Origin: Basidiobolus ranarum
Taxonomy: Eukaryota
Assembly (NCBI GenBank): GCA_040143965.1
Contig: JASJQH010006896.1
Location: forward strand, 1 to 48,230
Length of the DNA: 48,230 nucleotides
Direction of reading: 5' to 3'
Below the pieces are notes generated by a model that saw only the letters and a program-made list of their open reading frames with translations, made no database searches and was not told where the DNA came from. The translations under genes were made by a program, and so were the position numbers. Below, one piece after another: positions 38,377 to 48,230 of the stretch (positions are counted from its first letter, which is position 1; each line of letters opens with the position of its first letter).

Positions 38377-40132
38377 TTAAGAATAAAGTCTCTTCTCGTA
38401 TGAGTGTAAGCCATGAACTCCGCCTTCAACTTGAGCAGCGGCAGTACGCTTTTCAAAGCGAACTACATGATTGTAAACATCTTCACGGAGATCATCCAAA
38501 GATTTGACACCAATGTCTTGAAGTCCATGTTGAAGACCAGTGATAAGATAGGGTACAAACTTACGAATGGATCCCTTATCAACAACGGCACCAGCAACAC
38601 CTTGAGCTACCTTGATGACATCGTTTTCAGAGAAATAACGGGATTGAGATCCTTCACCATGGGTACGTTCCATGGCATCCAAGGAACCCATACCACGGTA
38701 TCTCTTAAGACGTTTGCCTTCATGGTAGAAGTATTCTCCAGGTGATTCCAAAGTACCGGCCAAGAGACCTCCCATCATCACAGCACTGGCCCCTAAAGCA
38801 AGTGCCTTGGTGATGTGACCAATGTTGGCAATACCACCATCAGCGATGCAAGGAACTCCGAATTGTCTGGCAAATTGAGCTACCTTGAAGACGGAAGTTC
38901 CCTGAGGACGACCGACAGCCATAACCTCTTGGGTGATACAGATAGAACCAGAACCCATACCAATACGAAGAGCATCGGCACCAGCTTCGATCAATGAAGC
39001 AGCTTGACCACGGGTAACAACATTACCGGCAATAACCTGAACGCTGTCACCATACTTGTTCTTGATGAACTTGATCATCTCAATCTGGTAGATAGAGTTT
39101 CCTTGGCTGGAATCCAAGACAACAATATCTAAGCCAGCTTCGGCAAGCTTGGTCAATCTAAGTTTATCTTCGGGGCGGGTACCGATGGCAGCAGCGCAGA
39201 GTAACTGCTTGGAATGATCCTTCTTGGAAGCAAGAGGGAAATCTTGATTCTTCAAAAGATCGGAACGGGCCAAAATGGCGACCAACTCATTTTGTTCATT
39301 AACAATGGGGAGCTTTCCCTTCTTACTGGTCTTCAAGATCTGATTGGCCTCGTTAAGGGTAACACCCTCCTTGGCGGTAACAAGATCGGTGGTCATAACA
39401 TCCTTCAATGGTTGAGAACCGTCATCTAGGAATTGAATATCACGAGCGGTGACAATACCAAGAAGTTTTCCCTTCAATTTACCAGTATCTAGAAGAAAAT
39501 ATTCGGTTAGCGAGAATTCAGATGAATTAAGTGCTTGTTGCCAATTAATCGATCAGAAAATTTTCTCCACAAGGACAAATTAATGTTCCAATTCGGAAGA
39601 ACGAAAGTTATTTAAATTTTATCTCATCATAAAAGATAATCATTGGCCAGCAATAATAAGAAAAGTACGTACCAGTAATGGGAATACCACAGAAACCCTT
39701 GGTCAACTTGATTTCTCTGACATCATTAACGGTGTGTTCAGGTGTCAAAATAAGAGGATCAACGATGAATCCGTTCTCGAAGGTCTTGACCTTGCGAACC
39801 ATCTCAACTTGTTGCTCGATGCTGCAGTTGTGGTGGATAACACCAATACCTCCCAAGAGAGCCATGTTGATAGCCATATCAGCCTCGGTAACAGTATCCA
39901 TAGGACTTGACATGAATGGAGTCTTGATGGTGATCTTCTTGGTAATCTTACTCTCGAGTCCGACAACGTGAGCTGGGAAATCAATGTATCCAGGCAAGAT
40001 CAAGAAATCGTTGTAGGTGAGACCACCAGAATGCTGAAGATCCATAAGTTCCTCAACGGAAAGACCATCAGGACCCATCTTTGAAAGTACTTCAGTAGCC
40101 TTGGAGGCGTCGAGATACTCGCCAGAAGACAT
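38377..40132 (-). CDS. IMPDH: Inosine-5'-monophosphate dehydrogenase (2 exons; intron 39489-39672)
   Basis: [25 protein letters not shown] pair, catalytic [23 protein letters not shown] and LHSYEKRLY. The junction reads ITDTGKLKG after splicing. Confidence 0.98.
39550..39634 (-). ncRNA. snR54: Intronic box C/D snoRNA, probable snR54/SNORD59 orthologue (18S rRNA 2'-O-methylation guide)
   Basis: On the minus strand: box C ATGATGA (39630-39624), guide TAACTTTCGTTCTT (39610-39597) complementary to conserved 18S AAGAACGAAAGTTA, D' CCGA (39596-39593) and box D CTGA (39556-39553). A GCCAAT/ATTGGC stem flanks it (39647-39642 with 39545-39540). Confidence 0.9.
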
Positions 40133-41869
40133 TTTTGGTTTAATTAGAAGGTGAAGGAAACCTTTGGTGGGGTAGGGAGAAGGTATACCAACATTTTAAC
40201 TACACTCGTTGCTCTTTTATAGACACCAGAAAGAGCTCAGACTAAAAAAAAACTCTCCTCCCATCAAGCCATTCCATTGGTCAGTCGTTTTTTTTCTCAC
40301 TCTCCTCCTGTCTATCCTTCATCTCACCCTGTTATGATGGGTATTTACACATTCACTGGGCGAATCAAGTCAACAAAATATAGACGAATAAATATTGCGG
40401 CAATTGTTTCGGATTAATTATTGATATTGAGGAGATTCGAATTATTTCCAATGATTAATAATTGCCCAGCATTTAGAATAGTATAGCACCTTCAGTGTAA
40501 CTAACACATGGCTACACAACCCTTGATTGATAAGATAGTCTTTGATAAGATGAAAATCATAGTTAGGGTTAGGATTATTGAAATAGTTGCATAGTTGTTA
40601 ATGACATAGTTGCATGGTTGTATATTGAGACGCAAATCGTTTTGTAAATATTCAAATACTCACTTGTGATATCTGGAATGCATAGAAATAAAATCAATTA
40701 GTCAAGTGTTGTTTTCATCAGCCATATAAAGTCATGGATGTAGTAGCCTTAAGTATTATTCCCGCATAAAATGTACATCAAGTACACGTTAACTTAACTA
40801 TACATCAGTCAGTGTTGAAATATTCATATCTTATCAACTATAATCTTGGAACAAAAATGTCAACATCAATGTTTACTTGTGAACTTGAGCATAAACTAGG
40901 ACTGGAATTGAACAAGCTTATATAGTTATTCTTCAGTTCACACAGAAATCTAGAATAGATGTATTTATATGTAAATTGAAAAGAATATTATAAGTATATG
41001 GTGCTTTACTGTGAATTCAGCAGTGAGATTAAGCAGAATATTGCCTGAGAAAAAGTCGCCGTTAGTGAAGTTCCAGTACATTGGATTGCGGTACTAGCTT
41101 AGTTTTTCATCAAACTTGAGTTATCTGTTAGCATGGTGTGTAATGGATAAACTAGGCTCTAAAATTGCTTAAAATTAAACAAAGTCAAGTTTATTTTATT
41201 TTTTTATGCGGACAAGTGGCTTCTTATCGTATAGAACAACGACCAAGATGTTGAAAATATTACTGGGTAATGGACCTATTGATAGAAACTTCCACATTGT
41301 TACCATAAATCCGAGAGTATTCCTAATCAAGTATCTAAAATGACAAATTGAATCCAGTGGTTATTAATAGCTAACCCTAAACGATTTGGTCCATGTTTTC
41401 GAAAAGTCAATGCCACGTAGTTCAAAAATTCCATTTACTTCCACTAACCCGCATTACGATTGGGACTAGACTGATGAGGATTTATATATACATTTGCTAA
41501 ATATTGACAATCAATATGCCAGATATACCTTCATACACGTTCTTATGGAAGCTTTAACCCTAACCCTGGGTTATCTAAACTACATCCAGTAATGATCCTA
41601 GCAGAATAAATTTCCTTAAACTTGAAGGAGGATTGAGTAGTCTAGACCAGATATATGAAAGAAAAACGTGATTTTAGATCTAGATTTTTATATGTACAAG
41701 CGCTTTATCAGCTTTAGTATCCAAATATATATGCGGTAGGATTAGGTGAATGAGAAATGATAGGATAACTGAATGATGAGGATATTCGCAAGAAGTGATC
41801 ACCGGGATAATTAGTTGGGAATGTCTGATACTTGGGGTTATTTCTGCTGCAATGGTATAGTGAAGATGG

Positions 41870-42616
41870 TTAGCACATCTGTTGCACGGTTCTGTTGCAT
41901 ATTAAGGAATCAGCTCGATCCTCACGAATCGATTGCTCATGGTACATCGGAGGTTGCATCTCCCGTATTTCGAATGTATCATTGTAATAAGGTGGGGGCG
42001 GTGGGATGCTGTTGGCTTTTAGACTTGAGGCTAATGGGTGCCGTCCAGACTGAGTAGATGTACGATTAACAGTCTTTGGAAGAATAGTTCTCTCTGAGAG
42101 TCTTCTTTGAAGTAAAAGGGGATGAACACCGGTAGCAAAAGTAGTGGTATTTACTTTTAGAATCGTTTGATGGATTAGAAGTAATTGATGTAGCGGGCGC
42201 ATTTTGGAATTTTGAAGTTTTTTCATGCTATCAACATACACTTGCTTGAGTGGTGAGAACTCACTACGAAAGAGAAACTCCGTCTGTTGAAATGTAATAT
42301 CACACAACTGTGGTAGGTCCGCGCCCTCTTCCTCGTCTATTTCATATGCATCTTTACTTGGGTTTCTCGGTTTGGAAATCCCTTTAATAAATCGGAGGAT
42401 TGGATTGCGGGAAAAGTATGACATCTTCGTATCGTCAGCAGAAATCTCAAGCGTATTGCTTTCCTCGCAACTCGTAGGGGTAGAGTTTATAGGATGTTCT
42501 GGTGAGTCGATAGGCTTCACTATTAATCCCTTAGTATCGCCATTTTGGAATAAAGAGGAGAGTCTCTTCTTTAGAGAGGATTTCTTCCTCAAATGTTGAT
42601 CAGGAATATTGCGCAT
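41870..42616 (-). CDS. Hypothetical 248-aa protein, single exon, with PPPPPYY/PPMY motifs
   Basis: ATG-initiated 248-aa ORF in otherwise non-coding AT-rich DNA, with upstream TATAAAA on the minus strand at ~42741-42747 and a helical core VYVDSMKKLQNSKMRPLHQLLLIHQTI. Confidence 0.7.
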   Translation of the reverse strand: MRNIPDQHLRKKSSLKKRLSSLFQNGDTKGLIVKPIDSPEHPINSTPTSCEESNTLEISADDTKMSYFSRNPILRFIKGISKPRNPSKDAYEIDEEEGADLPQLCDITFQQTEFLFRSEFSPLKQVYVDSMKKLQNSKMRPLHQLLLIHQTILKVNTTTFATGVHPLLLQRRLSERTILPKTVNRTSTQSGRHPLASSLKANSIPPPPPYYNDTFEIREMQPPMYHEQSIREDRADSLICNRTVQQMC

Positions 42617-44641
42617 AAGCTTTAAATTTAGGGGGAAATATCTAATCGGAAGAAAAAAACTATTTGAATGGGTAGGACGTTTGCTTTGCTTTGGAAGCTG
42701 TTAATGAAAGTTTGCACTAGTTTGGGGACAAACCTTGGCCTTTTATATTGAACAAACCTTGAGGTAACACTAAATTTATAATTAGAATTATTTCAAACTA
42801 AGATGCTGGTAAAATTATCTCAATTCCACCGATCAAAAGTGGTATTGAATCCTTTAACTAAGCTGGGTACTAGTTCCCCGCTTATCGGAGAGTGCTAATT
42901 TGAACAGTAAACTCCGGTACGTTAGAATTCTCACCTAATGCTATGACAATCACAGCATAGGCCTATATTGATTGGCTACGGATAACTTGTATATCACATA
43001 ATTGAATATGCTTATCTACTACATGTTATCTAGAATATTTGATTCCAGTGCGTTGATTGGAGATAAGACTTAATATATATGTATTGTGTCCTATTGGTTG
43101 AAAATTCATCGATTAAGCAAGATTTTCTTATCAGTTGGTAGAACAAGCATCAAAACAGTCATCGGATTAGGATAATAAGTATTTTACTTATTGAATTGCA
43201 CATTACACCAATCGTTGCATAGCTCTGCGCAATGCGATAAGGATAGGATAATAGAATGGGAATGTGTGCTAGGCGATTGCAAAGCTAAGCGATTGCACTG
43301 GTATTATTGCTGCAATGTTGTTACAAAAATTGCATTAGTAACCAACTAGAAGCTAGATTGATAAATCGGTGTAAGCATTCTAACTAGATCTGATATTTCC
43401 GTTAGTGGTGGCCTAACCCTAAGCCGTTCGAGTAATGCTAACTGTCAATGGTCTAACCTAACCCTTGTTTACATTTGTTGTTGATAGTCTACCCTGGTTT
43501 AAAAGTGTTGTCGACAAATACTGAAGCTTAGTAAGTGTTATGTACGTAGATAGCCTTGAGAGTCACGATTCTTTTTTTATTCTTTTTTCCTCACTCACAG
43601 CGGAGTATCATATTCTATGGAAAGGTGCATGCGATTAATGCTTAATTATTAAGTGGATGTAACAACAATTCAAAATTAACTAAGTGGAGAAGTCTTTCCT
43701 CACGTATGTCTCATTTCACACTATGGTAACTGGTAACAATTTGCTTTAACTTCATCTGCGGATAGTGTCTCAAATGGCTACATCTGCGCAGTTATCTGGC
43801 AATTAAGCCAGCATTTTAAACTAGCGTTTGGTCGAGTCATTTATACAAAAGGCTCATGAAAATGGGGTAGATGGGTCTGGGTTGGTGATGAGATTCTAGT
43901 GCACATTCATATTATGTTTCCTAATGTATACTGCAATGCTTTCTTCTAGATCAATTCTTTCTTGCATAAATAGCAAAGAAGCAATCCTGCCCTTGTTCTA
44001 ATTTCGACATGGGCATAGTTTTGTAGAGCCTTATTTAGCAATTCTGGATAATCCTAATAATATTTACCTCAAATAAAATGGTAGTTATTTTGACAGGATA
44101 CATACTGTATTTACCATGCATAATTTCCTCTGCATTTCATGGAGATGACTTGTAATACCACCGTAATACTACCACCGTAATACTACCCAGTGCTTGTTGA
44201 GTAACACTCAGTTCAACACCTGTCCAATGGTTTTAATCTGGATAGCACAATGTATATGAAGTGATTCTAATATAATATTATTTAGCATTTGGGGTCTGAT
44301 TGGTTTCAACATCACGGATCTGATAATCATTGCCTCAATAAGCCTAAGTTCTCTTTCCTTCATTATGCTACCATCACTACTCATCTATCAATACTGAAAA
44401 CATATACATAATTCAATATCTTCGGTGCATGATTTCTTTGTTCTCAATTTCACTTTCACTTTCATTACTTTTTCACCAATATAGGATGATCAGTAATAAT
44501 CTATGGTCATCATAAGAGTAAGCAAATTCCTGAATCGCCTAAAATCCCTTTTATTAGGGGAAAGTATATTTAATTGAAAAGTAGACTCAGGATATTTCCA
44601 ACCTAAACAGATTTCTACATGTATGTTAAAGTGTGTCGGGA

Positions 44642-45480
44642 ATTTGGTGGTTTTCACTTATTGATTGATTGTGTGAAAGTTGATGTTTATAGTTTTCTCA
44701 AGATACAAACAAACTAACGGGTAGAATATGCTTAAAAAGATCCCAGAAATATGTATGCAAAGTTTGGGGCTTCTAATATAAGTTTGAAAAAACAATATAT
44801 CTGAGAATTACAAAGTTGGTGTCAATATTTTAAGCAAATTTCTCTTGAGAATAGTGGGTGATAACTTGGTGAAATATGGAACAACTAAATACTAAGCTAT
44901 ATATGACTATGTAAATGTTTAAGCAATGCTAATTTTAAAACTAGCTGAGCATTGCCAATTAGTGTTGATCATCCTACATTAACTGACAATATTGGGACTA
45001 TGTTTAAGTATTTGGGAGCCTGTTGGAAGTGGTTTGGAAGAACTAGAGAAATTGGTGGTTTTCACTTATTGATTTATTGTGTTGAAAATTGACATTTATA
45101 GTTTTGTCGGGATGTAAGCAAACTAATGTGTTAAATGTGTTAAGAAAGGTCCCAGGACCATGTGTTCAAAGTTTGGGGCTTCTAGCATAAGTGAAAAATC
45201 TATATATCTGAGAACTTCTAAGCAAATTCCTCATGAGAATAATGGGTAATATCTTAGTGAAATATAAGATAACTAAATACTAAACTATATATGACTATAT
45301 AGGTGTTTAGGTAACGCTTACTTCAACACATAGTTTGAGGTCTCTAGGACAAATTATCAAAATCTATATATCTTCAAACCCCTAAGTAAATTACTCTTGA
45401 GGAGATACCTTAGTTCAATATGGAATAACCAAATACCTAGCTATATATGGCTATATAGATGTTTAGGCTATGTTGATTTC
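44642..45480. repeat. Degenerate direct repeat with ~410-bp period (two long copies plus a partial third)
   Basis: TTGGTGGTTTTCACTTATTGATT at ~44644 and ~45052; AAAGTTTGGGGCTTCTA at ~44759 and ~45168; TATATCTGAGAA in both copies; CTATATATGRCTAT at ~44897, ~45285 and ~45441. Confidence 0.85.
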
Positions 45481-45769
45481 AGCAACTTCTTTGTGTATTT
45501 CTTGACTTACTAAGTAAAGATTACATCTTCTGGTACTTTTCATTATCCTAATCCATTGCAGTGTATACAAACTTTGTGCAATACATGAAAACATTTATAC
45601 CTATAGGATTTTTATCTCTGGAGATATTTGAGCATGCGCTACTATTAAAGCATCAGTGATTCTATTTTAGAATATTATTGCTGCCTCATATCCACCAACC
45701 GTCTCTTCTTGTCATGGGGCATGATGGCATTAGGTCCTCTTTATATTATATGAAAGTATACATTTGTGC

Positions 45770-46519
45770 TACATTGCCAACAATAGTAGAGACTCATCTG
45801 AAGTTGGATGCATTTCAGCCTCATTAGGGCTTTGCTCATCCTGCCCTTGTTCGAGTAGTGACTGTTCATCAGGTTGATTGTCAAGTGAATCTTGTGGCTC
45901 TGATACTGCCGGGGCCTCTTCGTAAGGCTTTGTTCATCCTGAATCTGTTCAGGCTGTTATTGCACATCACATCGACTTGTGGTTCCTCCATCAATATTGG
46001 CTGACTTTCAGTTGAGCCGCCAGTCATTTCTGTTGATTGATAATCTTGATTAGGGGTTTCCAACTGTTTATTTTGTTCTGGTTCCATTTGTATATCGGGA
46101 AGCCCCAGCCCACTCTAGAAATATCCTGAACTGGATGGAGTTTCCGATCCCCTTTGCTTTGCAGATGCCGATTTAGTAAACTCCCCTTCAACTTCTATGC
46201 TGGGACCAGTTTGATATTTAATACTGATACTTTTCTTGTGGTTAGCTTCAGCTGTATTGAGGTTGTCATGTTTTCTGGTTATAGTAGTGAATACTGGCTT
46301 CAACACTGGTGCTTGGGTACTTCCACTTGCGAAAAATAAAGGAGCTTGTTGCATTTGTGGTCCTTGCTTACAAGCACTCAGTTGCTGTTCACACGGCCCA
46401 TTAGAGTAGTGAGTGGCTGCAAGTGCGTTGACTCTGGGTGCGAAGTAATTAACAGGTGTCGCACTCGCTACCAGAACCAAAGAAGCACACGAAGCTAGCA
46501 AGGTGAGAGCAAGTTGCAT
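45770..46519 (-). pseudogene. Disrupted gene for a secreted Q/E/D-rich protein
   Basis: Signal peptide MQLALTLLASCASLVLVASA. The TAG at 46117-46115 is followed in the same frame by SGLGLPDIQMEPEQNKQ..., then frame-shifted segments QPEQIQDEQS and YEEAPAVSEPQDSLDNQPDEQSLLEQGQDEQSPNEAEM. No suitable introns were seen. Confidence 0.6.
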
Positions 46520-47975
46520 GTTTAGATTGTTGTTTGAATGTTACTCTTTAGGTGCCACTTTTATTATCGAAATTCCCATATGAATAATCCAAAGTTTTAG
46601 ATGAAAATCACTAAAATCGTTACTTTTATCGAAGTTTCCGGGGAGCATACTTCATTGAGGAGTATATATTTATACAATTTATAGTAGCAATGATATAAGA
46701 ATGTAATCAATTCCAAAGATTCGGTCATAAATTCACTTGCAGACACAATAATAGGGATCCGATAATAGTGAGACTTCCGTTTTGCTAGCATTAGTACGTC
46801 ATTATGGCAGTATTCCGAGTTTAATTCATGTATATATGAATTCATCATCAGAGTGCGTTTTTGACGCGATTTAAAAGCAACTTGGTGTATATAACATAGG
46901 AAAATTGGTGCTCTCATTTTCAACAGGCGAGAGGATCTTCTGGGTGAGCTATACTTGATTGTAAGTACCTAATTGTTGTTCATATGAAATATTACTATGA
47001 TGAGTGGGCACAAGTGAATTTTTCCAGTTGTAAAGTAAATGGCAACTATTATATTTTAAAAATGAATTAATACAGCCCATGAAGTTAACGCAGCAATAGT
47101 CAGTAGAGTATTTATATCATTACTTGAAGGTGAACACATTCTATGAGAGGTAGTCTAATGAAATAGCCTAATACTGTGACGCTTTTAGCTAGAAACAAGC
47201 AAAGTTAGTTAATATTGCATTCAGATTGCTTCAGGTAGTAATCATTACCGAATAAATGGAATCTAGCCAACGATTTCAGGTAAGATATACTCGAAATTGA
47301 AATCAAGTCATTGTGCCAAAGACAATGGAAAACCCATGTTACATTCTATGCACTTTATTTCACACATGTCATTACTATAACTAATTGCTACTCCAGGATC
47401 TAAATATTTGCAAATCAACATGTTCAATATTTGACAAAGCAGTTGGGTCAATTATGAAGTATAACTTGAACTCCAGAATAGTTCTAGATAACTTTACCAG
47501 CATATCGTAGGGTACGGAATATTATTGCATTAACCTGGGGACTGGTAGGATTGACATAGAATTACATTATCTAGATTAAGTAGAGATCCTATCTAAGGTT
47601 GCTGTTATGGGGAAGTGTTCTAGATCTCATTCACAAACCTTATTTCCTTATTTAGCAATACAAACCGTTCCAACCTTTATTACTACTTTAGGCACTGATC
47701 TTTCTAATATTCCGATAAGTTTGTCCATTCAATGGAGATTCTTCATTGATTCAATAATGATTCTTTTCGAGATTACTGCTGCATGGTAATTATCTTCCAT
47801 TGGGCGATGGGTTTTAGAGTATCTGGGCATTGGTTAAACTTTTGTATTCCAGGCCTGTCTATACTAGTCTAATTTCAATTTGAGAATATCTGATTTTCGC
47901 CCAAAGTAATCAGGATATTTGATGGCAACTGCGTATAAATACCACCCAAATCGTTCCAGAGAAGTATACAAAATC

Positions 47976-48230
47976 ATGAAGTTCTCTAATTTATTCACTG
48001 CTATTTTTGCTTTTTCCGGAGTTGCTTTCTCCTTTGATGCTAATGTACTACTCGCTTTAGTTAACCAGCAACGTCAACTGGTCGGTGCTCCAGCCTTAAC
48101 CATTGATCCAAGACTCACTTTGGCAGCTGAAAGACATACCATTTTCCAAGCTACCATTCACGAAATGACTCATGACGAGCCTGGTCGAACACTAGGCCAG
48201 AGAATCAGTGAAACTGGATATGTTTGGAGC
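47976..48230 (+). CDS. Secreted CAP/SCP-domain protein (YkwD-like), truncated by the window end
   Basis: MKFSNLFTAIFAFSGVAFS-FDANVLLALVNQQRQLVGAPALTIDPRLTLAAERHTIFQATIHEMTHDEPGRTLGQRISETGYVWS matches the LVNxxR...LxxAAxxH...MxH...RI..GY pattern. TATAAA lies at ~47934. Confidence 0.88.
   Translation, partial: MKFSNLFTAIFAFSGVAFSFDANVLLALVNQQRQLVGAPALTIDPRLTLAAERHTIFQATIHEMTHDEPGRTLGQRISETGYVWS

Noticed and set aside
38377-40132. IMPDH as a self-resistance gene of a mycophenolate-type cluster
   Set aside because: No PKS, prenyltransferase or other biosynthetic genes are nearby, and hosting a snoRNA fits a housekeeping copy.
44152-44188. 14-bp tandem repeat CACCGTAATACTAC
   Set aside because: A simple slippage duplication with no spacers, so not CRISPR-like.
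46597-46923. 108-aa minus-strand ORF
   Set aside because: It has a TTG start and an AT-rich, non-coding-like composition, and it overlaps the probable promoter of the 46519 gene.

Overview
Eukaryotic, AT-rich, intron-dense fungal DNA with short (~50-80 nt) GT-AG introns. Gene content and style suggest an early-diverging fungus (Zoopagomycota/Mucoromycota, Basidiobolus-like); this is inference. Recognisable genes in order: epoxide hydrolase (running off the window start), pirin, DTW-domain tRNA acp-transferase, GBF1/Gea ARF-GEF, a small secreted protein, an OSBP/Osh protein, a Gti1/Pac2 (WOPR) regulator, a 58-aa six-cysteine secreted peptide, ISA1, a WRN-type exonuclease, Doa4/USP8, a PY-motif membrane protein, two divergent multi-exon orphans, two tandem GDP-mannose 4,6-dehydratases, a METTL21-like methyltransferase, IMPDH, a 248-aa orphan, a disrupted secreted-protein gene and a CAP protein (running off the window end). 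The best hidden features are a box C/D snoRNA in the IMPDH intron with an 18S guide like yeast snR54 (also hosted in an IMPDH intron), near-identical GMD paralogues differing by one intron and by substitutions at conserved residues, several genes missing from the ORF track, and an epoxide hydrolase with TTG where the ATG should be.
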